The translations under genes were made by a program, and so were the position numbers. This document shows positions 12,348 to 24,073 of a stretch of DNA of 64,000 bases, piece after piece. Source of the DNA: Amoebophrya sp. A120 (Eukaryota > Protista > Dinoflagellata); assembly GCA_905178155.1 (NCBI GenBank), contig CAJINV010000004.1:5558828-5622827 (forward strand), in the 5' to 3' direction. Numbering within the stretch: position 1 is the first letter of the stretch; each line of letters begins with the position of its first letter. The notes under the pieces are model-generated. The model was not told the origin of the DNA, did not search any database, and saw only the letters and a list, made by a program, of their open reading frames with translations.

Positions 12348-15300
12348 TTATGTACTGAAGCAGTTTTGCCTTTGCAGTTCAGCAAGTAATGCGTGGCAAT
12401 CAGCGAGCGACGTTGGAGGCGGCTCACTGGACCACCAATCGCGTGGATTCTTGTTTCGCCACGGTCCTATTCCGTGCCACATGGATTCCACTATGGCTAC
12501 CCAGGATGTGACGCCAAAGGGCGTGTGGATGTTGTCGCAGTGGCAAAATTTCACCACCTGGTCTGCACTGACATCTGCACCGAAACCAAGATCGTGGTCC
12601 CGGGGGTAGACCGGTCGCATCGAGAATTCTGCTTCCTCCTGCACATTGTACATGCCACCGCAGCAGAACCTCAGAACGGAGAGGTACAACTGCATCAGGA
12701 GGACTCCGCCTTTCTGCAGTAGCGTGCTCCCGATTCTGCGCACGCGGTCACGCACTTTCGCAACTGCACCGTCACGGTCTTGTGCGTCGTAACAGAGGTG
12801 GTAGTCCAGAGCTCCGTTGCACAGCTCCGCAAAGAGCTCGGCGTCCCAGTGCCGGTAATGAAAGGGCGAGAGGTGCCACATGTGGTCCGGAAACTTGTTT
12901 CGAATGAATGGGAGATACTGTTTCACAAACGCTGCCACCTTCCGGCTGGCCTCGGGATTGAAGCTGTGCAGGTCTAAGAAGTTGTTCCCCGCCGGGTTGC
13001 CGAGCTCCGCTTTGTTGAGTCCGACCGCGCTTGTGCAGAGGTTATTTGGGTTGTCGTGGAGAAAGCTCACGATGCTGAAGAACAAGCAAAGGCTCCAGCA
13101 GTGCGAGCGCCAGCTACACGAGGGGTCCGCCTCGGCTTCTTCGCACATTTGTAGGAGGTCGGCCGTACCAGAATCAAAAAAATGCTGCGCGCCGAAGGAT
13201 TGCAACAGTTTTTGTTCCAATGTGCTTGCTGGCCACTGGGGATCAAATCCGTTCTTACCTGAGACCCATTTTTTTACGATTGCGTAATGTGCTTCGCTCG
13301 GCGGCAGCGCCAAATAATGCGGCTCCGGGTCATCGTCCATATCTTCATCTTCCGAAGCATCAGACGCGTCGCTGCGCAAAATTATTGCCCCGAAGGCGCT
13401 CTCGCAGTCGAGTCCGTAAACAACGCGATTCCATTTGTTGTAAAAGTCCTGCGCGCTGTCGTAACTGCCTTCGTACAAACAAAAACGAGTTTCGTACACG
13501 TCGTTCCATAATTTCGCCGCGTCTTTCTGGTCCTGTTCGCTGTTTGTTTTGCCCCGCGGCATAATATATCCACCTGCACCGCGAAGCCACCGGACCCACG
13601 TCCGGTACTTTGGACTGCTTGCGAGCTGGTGGAGCTCCGGGCCAGGAGACGTCATTGTGGAGGAGATGAGATGTCGGAAGGTCTTGTCGTAATCCGGATC
13701 TTGTGCCATTGATAGGAGCGTTTTGAACTTGTCCGTGCACGCAAGCATGAGCTCGTTATGACCAAAAACAGTCTCGAAGTTGTTCACGGCAAGGATGAAA
13801 CCTTTGCGCACTGTTGGATCCGTCATTCGCAAAAAACTGAGGTACGGCACCGAAGCTTTCACCCAATCATTCAACTGCTCGCACTCTTCCGTGGTAAGCA
13901 GGTTCGAAACCGCTTGGCGGCTCTCTTTATCAAATGCAACTATGTCTGAGTCTGGACAATTGCAAGATTTGTCATGCATCTCGTGGACCACACACGACGC
14001 ATTGTCTGGCATGCAACCAGAAGCGTCGCAGATTTTGGTTTTGCGACCTTCCTCATGTCTATTCCGCACGACAAATTCATTGGCCTATTGCTATAGCAAG
14101 AAGTGGGAATGAGAAACCAAAGCACCACAAAAAGTGGTCATTTTTTGGCGTTGATGCAACACAGATTTTTCCGTGATCGACACTCCGTGCGACAAGCTGC
14201 AGCCTTTCAGACCCAGACATATTTGCACTTGGTACTCTTCAAATGTCTTCCTTCTTCCCCGCAGAACCAGCTCGAGCTTGCGCGGCGACAAATGCACGAT
14301 CTCGTCCACCTCGTCGTCTATTTTTAGTTGCACCACGACATGTCCCGACATAGCTGCTTCTCGTGTGATTTGTAGGATTCGCCCCGGGTACTTGAACCAA
14401 GGGTGTGTTTTGTCGATAATGCGGACGATGTCATCTTTCCCATATTTTGCTGCCAAAGATCGCTTCTCTGCGGCACGCATGCCATCAGCGGAACTCCACT
14501 GGGGCCCGTACGCTGTACCGTCCTTGCGCAACAACTGCAGACACCGCAACGGAAACTGCACGACGTTCTTTGTCTTCCCCATCAGAAGCTGAAATGAGAG
14601 CGATTGCGGCACCATCTGACTCGAATACAGATACCACGCCAGGCTGCTGCTCCGATCTTGATCTTGATGGGCCGCTAGCCGCGCGAAGTGCGGAACATGG
14701 GCTTCCGCAGGGAGTGCTTTGCTTTCCGCCGGCCTCAACACACAACCACCCTGGCCGCTGTACTGCTTCTTCAGACCGGGGGCCTTGTCCACCTTGGCGC
14801 GCAGTTGGGAAACAGTGGGCGCGGACAATGCTGAGACGAGCGAACGACCAACGAGTTCAATAGCACACTCGTCCGCAACAGATTTTATCACCACTACGTC
14901 TGACGACTGCCGAACACCCTTGGTGACCGCGTTTAGGAAGTCGGGCAACAACGTCACTTCGATAGCACCGGACACTTCAAGCCACTCCAGTGGACCGAAT
15001 TGTTGCGCTCGCTTGGATGCCGTGGCTCGTTTAAAAACGCGGAAGTCGTTTGTCGTGCTCTTCATTACGCAACGACGGGTATCCGCGGCACCGGCAGCTG
15101 GAGTGGATGTTTCGATAAGCGCCAGGGACGGCATTGGAAAAGTGTAAACTGGTGCCCAATCACCCTCCAGGCCAGCCGCGGAGTCAGCCAATCGTCCGAA
15201 GGTACCAGTCTCGTCGTTTGCGAGGGGGCGGGGAGAGACGGGCAGCGGGTCATCATCTCTGAGGGATTCGCACTCGCTATTGGTGGATGCTGCTGTCGAC

Positions 15301-18300
15301 TTCGAGGCAGCTGCGGGTGCCTTCGCGAAGCCTACACTGCCCGGCACGAGATGGTACTCAAATTTGTCGTGGACAGGCCCTGACAAGTCGACATGCGCGA
15401 CGGTACCATCGTCGAGAGCAAATGCAGCCCAAAAATACCGCATGCCTTGCTCTCGCAGAACTTCGAGCCGCACTTCATCATCTTGCACTGCCGGAGAGGA
15501 TTGAGCTCCAGCTGCTTGCTGGCCGGTCGTGGCAAGTTGTTGCGTAGGAGCGGCGGCATCAACGGCGCGAGGTTTGTTCTTTGCTTTGCGGCTTTTCTTG
15601 TGCGGCTTTTCCTTCCGACTGCCCTGTGCCGCGCCGGTCGAGATTGCAACACACTTCTTCTTCTTCGCCTCGCTCGGATAGAGCGACATCCGATGCCCAT
15701 CGCACAGCAACTCCGCGGTAGTAAGTCCTTCCACAGGACAAAAACCCTCCAGAAACATTACATTTGTAATGCGCTTGCCCTTGTAATGAAACTGCGCACC
15801 TTGCCGGCGGGCGGCTTCCAGCGTAAAGGCCAGGAGAATCATAGGAGCCGCTATGGTATCGGCCCTTTCCAGTTTCCAAAACCAGTTAGTTTTCTCCTCA
15901 GAAGATCGGAACTGGGAGCAGGGTGTAAAACTACTCTCGATGCTGGGCGACGCGCCAGAGGAGCCTTTCGTGACCTCAAAAAGGTTTGGGGACCTCCTCC
16001 GGAGCTTCCTGGTCTCGCGACGCAGGGACAGTGTCTGGCGCCAGCTCACGAGGGCTGCGACCGCCAGGATGTCGAGCAAGACCTCAGGTTGTGGTGCCAG
16101 GTTGTGAAAAACATTTTTCGTCAAAGTGTGCTCCACATACTGGTGGTATCGACGGGAAAACGACGGCGATGCATCGCCATGTGCAGACACAAGGGCAAGC
16201 TCTGCAGAACCATCAGAAAGGACTTCACCATCAAAAACGAGGCCAACACCCTCGACGTCCTGCTCGTTTATCAGGTCCAGGTCCGTGCGATGCGAGTTGT
16301 CCGCGCGATTGTGACCCGCGACGCGCTCTTTCTGTTGCAGTGAGACTTGGGCCTCGAGGAGCTTGCGCGCTTTGCTGAGGAACGTTTTCGCCAGTTCTTG
16401 ATGCTGCTCAGAGAGGCCTGCTGCGCTTCCCGTTTTTGCTGCTACGTCATTGGTAAATACTCGCTGGCTCAGCAGCCTCTTCCATTTTTTGAAGATTTTG
16501 AAGAAGTCTCTAATCGCCTCAAACAACTCGTCTCGACCTGGTTCTGAGGCGGTGGTCAGTGCCCGGCCGGCGGTTACGAACGTGGTGTCATCAAGTAGCG
16601 CAGAACTGATGCCGTAGCTTGCGCTGGTTGTATTCAGGCTGGTCTGCGTCCTATCATCTGGGTAGAAAACTTCAACTGCTGGCGGCTGGTCCGCAGACGC
16701 CGCTGGGCGAATTTGCTGGATAGGTGCTGGGAGGACAAATCCATTCTTCTGCACTTCAGCCGATATGCGGCTCAGAGGCTCCCACGCAAGGACGTCGGAC
16801 GTGACCGCGAAGATCGTTGCGTCCTTCGCTAGCGCCCACACGCACGCTGACTGCGGCAGGCGCTCGGCGTCGTAGTAGCACTGTGAGATGACCGCACACA
16901 TCCTCTCCAATGGCGGTTTTTCGATTTGCAGAAATTCCGGCAAACAGGATAGGAGGCGGTCTACGAAGTCCTGGCATTTCGTCTTTTCATTTTTGTCGAT
17001 TCCTTCCTGCAATTCCGAGCGGAGCTTTGCGGCGTCGAATGTGTCGCTTGGGAGTTGCGAAAGCTGTGGTTTGCGTTTGTATCTGAAGTCACATGTTGAA
17101 ATAAAGCTATAGGCAGATGCTCATGCTTCGGCTTTCATTTTGATCATTCGTCATGTAGTTTTCACATATGCCCCCTAAAAAAATTCACGTACCTGCAACA
17201 AAAGGCTTGCGAGGACCAGCACGGACTTGTCCCGGGGATCACCGACCTTCTGGCGCGGTGGATGGAGGAGAAGTTCTCGTTTTTGCGGCAGGCCATAGCG
17301 CGCGAGTGAAACGGAAAGGTCTAAGGGCTTCAGCACCTGTACAATTTGCCCAATCCGCACACCGCACCACAGCGCTACCATGAACCCCTTCACGGCGTTC
17401 AGGTCGTTTTCTTGCGTGAACTCGGATGTCGCCACCTGTGCCGTGTTGGCACCTTGGATTGCTTCAGCAGCAGCGGGCGAGAGTCCGTGCAAGATTTCGC
17501 AAACATCCATTGCCCCGTAGCCCGGCAGCCAGAGAACGTTACCTGCAGCAAGAAGTTGCCGAAGACGGTTCAACGGAGCCAAAGTGTCGCCCAATACAGT
17601 GTCTTGACGGGGCTGTCGCGCCGCAGCTGCTGTGCGGTCGAACAACTCGCACAGCACCAGGATGTTCAATTCGGCAGAAGCGTCGTCCACAGACACCACA
17701 GTTTTCCGTGTGTCGGTCAGCCAGGGGTTGAGGATGGCGGCGGCTCCTGTCGATGAAGTCGCCGCAAACACCGATAGAGACATCAGCAAGGACTGCAGCA
17801 ACACATGGCACCCGAAGTTCACGAACCTGCACAGCAGCCAGTCGTCCAGCTTCTTCATTGCTGGTTCAATTTTTTCGTTTTTCCCGTCAGCAGAGGAAGT
17901 TTGTTGATCACAGTCGGCAGCGACGGGAAGCGATTCTGTCGGCCGGAAGACGCAGTTGTCGAGGATTGCGTAGACCTGTGCAGTGCGCAATACAACCGCG
18001 TTTACCTGGTGGAGCATCTCGATTCGTTGTTTCATGTCTTCGAGGCTGCTAAAGAGGCGGCAATAATCCAAAGGCGCGAGTTGTCCACCGGTCGCGGCCA
18101 GAAATTCCGCAGGGGCGGAGACAGGAGGATGACTTCGCTCGATTGCGAAGTGTATCTCATGCGACGCCCGCGCGATCAGAAACTGTATGAAGCTCGATTC
18201 CCGTTTCACAAACTCATTCAGCGCAATCGTGTCGAGGATTTCTTGGAATTTCGTGAGAAACTGCTGAAATAGTGGAATGTCCAGGGACTGCCGAGCGCCG

Positions 18301-19562
18301 GCGGAAGTTGTAGTTGACACCGTCATGGGGTGAAACGCACACGCGTAGAAAGACGAGCCAGCTTGGAGTGTGGCGGCAAAGTCCGGCATATACCGAAACA
18401 GCTGGAGCAGCGGCTCCGTAATAAATTCCCAGTGTGCGAAGTTCTCGTCTGAAATAAATTTGTCGTCCTCACTGTTCCCTTCCGCGTGCTTCCGTAGTAC
18501 GCTCAGCGGGTTCAGATCGTGCAGCATGCGTGCCCACACAGCTGCCTTGGCGAAGTTACTGAGTTCGTCAGTAACCGTTGGCGTACTAGAAGTTTCCGGC
18601 GCAGCAGCACAACTTGGATCGGGTTTCGAAGAAGTGGCGCAACAAAGGTGCGTCACCTCTTGTTCGAAGTGTGGTGCGAGCCTCACGACAAGCTTGCAGA
18701 AGCGTAGGTTGTTTCGCAGCATTTTGAACAACGATGCGTGCTGCGCGACGTGCATCAGGTCCGCCAACAGATTCGCAAACGAGGAGCTTTGGTGTTCGAC
18801 CTCCTCCACTCGGTCCAAGAGTTTGTCGACGACAAACGACACGACTTCCTCGCGTGCCTGCTGTAGTTCGTTGTTGTTCCGCCAGTGCGCGCGGGTCCAC
18901 TTGTCTATGCGAGTCAATGCCGCGGAGAGCGTGTTCCTCGTCGTCTCGCTGTCGCTTGCGGACTCTCCGAGACGGTCCTGGTACATCTCGACGAGCACGA
19001 ACTGGAGGTCGTGCATTTCGTCAGGGAAGTGTACGAACGCGGCCGCACCCTCGCCAGAGTCAAGAAAGTCCCGGAGCTGCTCGAGGGTGGGTTCTCCCGA
19101 AGCGAGGTCGTCTAGCATGATGCGAAGTTCGCGCTTTTGTGCGTCCATTTTTTCCGAACTCCTCTGCGCCTGCATCTCCCATTGCTCCCACTCTGGCTCG
19201 TCGGCCAAGACGACGGAAGATGTCTCCTCGCGTCTCGCTGCGGCCTGCCGGGCGATTTTCCGCTCTGCGCACCTGCTGACGCTGGTCTGATTTATTTGCA
19301 ATGGAGGACCAACGACGGTGGCAATTTCTTCCTCCGGTACTAGAAAGCCTCTCGTTAGCTGTTGGGCTTGGTGGTTGCGTACGAGGCGCGCGACAACCCG
19401 GCACATGACGAAGCTCACCTTGCCATTGTGCACGGGGACGGGAATCGAGGCATATCCGGGCTTCCGAAAGATGTGGTGCGATCCGGCGATGTTGCGACAT
19501 GCGTAGTGCTTCTTTTCGAGGATGTCGCGAACTTCCTCAAATCGTATTCCGTCGATTCCCAT
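12348..19562 (-). CDS. Large (~2257 aa predicted) protein with N-terminal HicA-like toxin/RNase domain and a KOW/SH3-like segment. Exons 19562-17193, 17063-14235, 13922-12348
   Basis: N-terminus has IAGSHHIFRKPGYASIPVPVH. A phase-0 GT-AG intron at 17064-17192 would join the 795-aa and 973-aa ORFs. Removing introner 13928-14234 joins KTFEE|SRQAV. The first join is inferred. Confidence 0.7.
13928..14234. mobile_element. Introner family A variant (ends GTA)
   Basis: TIRs; repeat ctctt/ctctt. Confidence 0.9.
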
Positions 19563-20205
19563 TTTGTGATGGTTTTCTATTTCGGAACTAAATACTTAAA
19601 CGTCAACACTCAAAAATGAAAACGCAACATTGTCCCAGACTTAGATACTAAAAAAAAGTGTAAGTAAAGTTCAAAACGGAATACAAGAACAGGCTGGTCC
19701 GGTTGTATTGGTTTATATTGGCATTTTCCGACTTCGAGATCGAGCGAAATAAGAATGAGTAAACTCGAGCAGCGACACAATGACGGTTTCTTTTGACATC
19801 TCTCCTTGTCATATTTCTGTTGCGATGAAAGCAGGCGTCTCTCATGTAATAGTTCTGCCCAACGATTTTGAAAATTCACTCTAGCAGCCAATCAGCGACG
19901 TCCTTTATCCAGCAGATAGAAGCGTGGACGACGTGCTGCTTCACGCTTTGCTTACCCGTTCAACATGAACATCGCCAATAGAAGATTGCTTCATAATCCA
20001 TCATTCAAAGTTGTGAAATGCATTGGCTTTTTGTAAAGGTGCCTAAGTAGAACAGCCTGCGCACGAGCTTCAGCTGCACAATGAACTACACCAGATGAGT
20101 GACTTGAAGGTTTTGCTGCAGAGCTGCAGATCAACCTGCTAGTGATGTGCACAGCATTGCTGCTGCTTAATTCAGTGCTGTCTCCCTGATCACCATCCAT
20201 TTCCC

Positions 20206-22662
20206 TTATCTCTTCGTGCTCCGCCTCCGTTTCTGTATCTCCAGGAGTTTATCTGCGAACCTAAATTCTCCCGGCCTTGTACTAGTTCCTCCAGACGCCG
20301 TAGAAGTCCCAGTCGGCGACAATGACCTCTGCGACAGCGATCGAGGAAGCAAAACACTCTCGTCCGCGGTGGCACTGCGCGGGTTTGCTTTATTCGCGAA
20401 AACCGATCGCCGGGACGCTGGTGCTGCACCAGCAGCTGCCGCTCTCGCGTCGCCGTAATCCGACTTCGTTACGGAGGCCAGCATGCTGTTCTGGAAGTTG
20501 TACCGTCTTGAGCTGGTGGAAGCCGCCGGCGTAAAGTTCTCCTTGTTAATATCCGCGTCTCGGTCAACATCTGGATTCCCTATTTGAGCTCCGTGGGTCG
20601 CCGCCGAGGCTCCTGCTGTTGAGGAATAATTAGACGGATTACTATCCTCTTCGAGGACGTCGTGGGTTTGCGGTTGAGAGTGGTCTACTCGCGCCGTTTC
20701 CAGTTTATATCGCCCCCGTTCACGCGAGAACAGTGACGATGGAGTAGTACTACTGTCATCGCCGCCCTTTCTCGTATCAAGTGCAAAAATGTCTGGGTCT
20801 GGAAACTTGTGATGCTAAAATGTGCATGATGAAAGCACTTCCGAATGCAGTCCGGCATGACAACTTCCCAAAACGCTTTCTCATAGGCAATCCGCATGAG
20901 AAACTGCGCTTTTGCATGACAAAAGAGGCTGCGAGTTTTGTTGGTTATGCAATACAGATTCTCTAGTTATGGAAAGCTAGCATTACAAGTTGCAATCTTC
21001 CAGACCCAGACATTTTTACATTTGATATTTCGCAGACGCTTGCAACACCGTTTGTCGCATGGTTTCCTTCGCCTGCGTCACGCGGCGCTGCAGTTCCAGC
21101 ATTTCGCGCTCTAGTTCGGACTCCACGGCGCGGTCTTGCTGGTCGAGCGTGAGAGCCCCCACTGAGGATGAGGTCTTCGCTTGTGGAGATGATGTGGTCT
21201 TCTCTCGTGCACTACTTCGAGATGTAGTTGCCTCCGTCGTGTTCTTATCCGTGCTATAATGTTGCGACTCGTCCCGATCTCCAGCTTCGGAGCTCCTGTC
21301 GTTCCTATTCACCAGTTCCGTAGGCTCTGGATTGGATTTCCTCGGCCCATCGATGGACAGAGGCTCCATCAGCTCCTGCGGGATGCCGCCGGGCCTGAAA
21401 TCACGGGTTGATAACCCGCCCGTATTACTGATTGCACACCCTGCTTGCGTCCATTGCGGCGGAGAAGTGGCCGCACTGTAGCAGGATTTGATGTTCTCGG
21501 TAGTAATATCATTCGCTTCGTCCAAGGAAAATTGGAACTTCGTGATTCCAGACGGTGCTGACCCACCACTACCCGAAGGCCGTCTTGCCGCAGAGCAGGT
21601 GGATGTTGATGTTGACTTGCCGCGAAGATTAGAAGTAGAAGTACCGTCAAGATGATCCGGAGTGGATGCTAGAATTGCTCCTGCACCACCTCCACCCGAA
21701 AAATAGTTCGTCCCCAGCACAGAGGACCCGACGGTATGGTCGTCCCTGGCCGTGTAAAACCGGTCCGTGGAATAAATGCTGGCGTCGGTTGTTCCCTTGG
21801 ACGATGATGAAAACGTCGAGGAAGCACTCGTCGCTCCAACCGCACTAGATCCGACAAAATCCTCGCGAAAAGGGTTCTTGTTCACTATCTTACTCGTCCG
21901 CTTCGCGCGGGCGTCTGACGCGCTGCTGGAACTCTTCTGCAGCTCGGAATCTATGGCGCCGAGCCGGGCCTCCAGCTGTGTGGTTATTGAGCATGCGTTA
22001 GTTTTTATCGAGGTTTGATTTGGTTTGGTTTTGGTTCAAAATGGTTTTTCATTTTTGACATCAAAAATGCTGACTGATTTTTTGTATTCGATGTCAGGGA
22101 GGGGTCACGACAACAAACATCATGTAGAAGATAGTACCATGATGCGACTCATCTGTGTCGCGAGGTTGCTTGGCGGTAGGGAGGACGTCGTCGCGCCGGC
22201 GATTTTCCTGAGTTGATAGTGGAGGTTTTGTTTGAATTTGCAAGCATGATTCGCGTGCGGCAGTTGTAGAGATGGTTCCAGGCCGCGGTCATTGACAATA
22301 ATGCACAACATGCAGAGCGGGCTCATTAAAAAAGAAAAAGGCAAGTTATACTCGTTCCAAAACAATGTAGGCTGCAGCTTTTGTGACAATGTCGTTCCCT
22401 CGTCCCCCGGAAGTTGTTGTTGTACAAGGCCTTCTCTACTAGCGCGTCCCGCTTCTTTTGCCCCATCAGGCGTCGTGGATACCGCTCGAAATGGTCCGCG
22501 GGATGAGAGCGTAGTAGCATAATTTTCCTGCTGCTCGGCGCCAGCTGTATTGTCCTGCTGCGGCGTTGTTGTTCTCAGGTTCTCGCCTAGCCGCGTTCGC
22601 AGTTCCGCATTTTCGCGTAGTAAGCACTCGATCACCGCCTCTTTCTCCTGGAGTAGCGCCAC
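20206..22662 (-). CDS. Hypothetical Ser/Thr-rich coiled-coil protein; 1 introner and probable canonical intron(s); 5' end approximate
   Basis: ORF 21016-21885 joins the 20206-20484 frame after introner removal (QASAK|KGGDDS). Linkage to the 22120-22662 ORF is inferred. Confidence 0.6.
20775..21027. mobile_element. Introner family A
   Basis: TIRs; repeat tctcg/tttcg. Confidence 0.9.
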
Positions 22663-24073
22663 CCACTGCTTATCCTGGGCCTCGCGGAGCGTGTGAAGCT
22701 CCGTCTCCTGGTGTTTTATTTTGTGCGAGGATTATTTTTTCGGAGTTCATCTCGCCACCTACGATTTGGCTTTCAGCATGATACGATTTGCTTTCACGAG
22801 GGTGATTTCTTTCGTCCTAAAAGCAAGCCTTCATAATATCAGATACATAAAAATCATTCGCAGTTTTAGGTATGCGAACGAAGTAGAACCACGAACCTTG
22901 TCATGAATCTGCTTCGCCAGAAGCGCAATCTGCTTATCGCCGTCGCTGGAGCCAATCGCAACCATTTTGCCGTGTCGGTTTTTATGATCGAGGGAAAAAA
23001 TAATTTCCACGTCTGCGTCGTGGCCGTTTCTGGCAAAGCTGTCTCGCACAGTCCGCGCGTCAACGAGTCTACTGGTAGGATTGATATATCCTAGCTGCAG
23101 GACACTGAAATTACTAATGGGATTGTCAAGTCAACAAGAACAAACACGAACAACTGCATCCATTCTGTGAAACTATTTCGGTTTTTGCGCGCAAAATTTG
23201 ACACGAAGACGATTTGCTTTGATGGACCATGGACATCAGCACCACTGGTGTGCACGAATAATCTTCACATATACCACGATCAAAGACCAAGCTCCTTTGA
23301 AAGTGGAACAACCAAGCCACGACGTACGCTTCATTTTTTCGATGCGTTTTTTCTTCGCAACAATCACAATCGAAGGTCAATTTATTTTCGTGGCCAAGTC
23401 TACCTTTTACAAAGTTTCTTGTACAAAATGATCGAAATAAAAATGTCGTCATCGAGAACAATGGGTTTGTGTTGTAAAAAACTTCTCAAATTTTTATACC
23501 GGAGACACCGTTTCTATCTTTTACCAATGGCTACAACAACCGAGTGTGATTTTCAAGAGTACTATAGAGTTTTTGGATTCTTATATCTCATTTGACAATG
23601 AAGAATATAGGCTTTCATCACGAAAGAGAGGAGATAGATTTGATTCGTTGTAAACAAAAAAAATACTTTGATGTACAGTTTAGTACGCTCCGTGGGGAAG
23701 TCTTTGTCTGTACAGGAAGTCGAAGTTGGTCACAAGGGTTATTTCATCTGTACTTTCATTTCGTATTTGCACCCTCGACGTGCTGTGCATCTTCAAGAAG
23801 GAAACTTGAATGGTACTAGCAACTAGACGAGCAGCTGCTGCACGTGGGGCAACAGAGGTGGGTCATGCGCCGCGATTTGCTGAAGCAGCCGCGTCATCTT
23901 TTTGCAATGCTCGTCGAGGTCCAGCAAGCACTGTGGCATGCCTTCACCTGATAGGAATATTGCTTTCCCATGGTTCAGAACATCACAAGTCAATCCATCT
24001 TTGATGTCCTGCATGCACAACCTGTCGTGCCGTCAGGCATTCATGAGAAAACTTACATGCTAAGAAAAATTGA

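Noticed and set aside
15393-19290. Long plus-strand ORFs (316 aa, 306 aa)
   Set aside because: Antisense shadows of the minus-strand HicA-domain gene.
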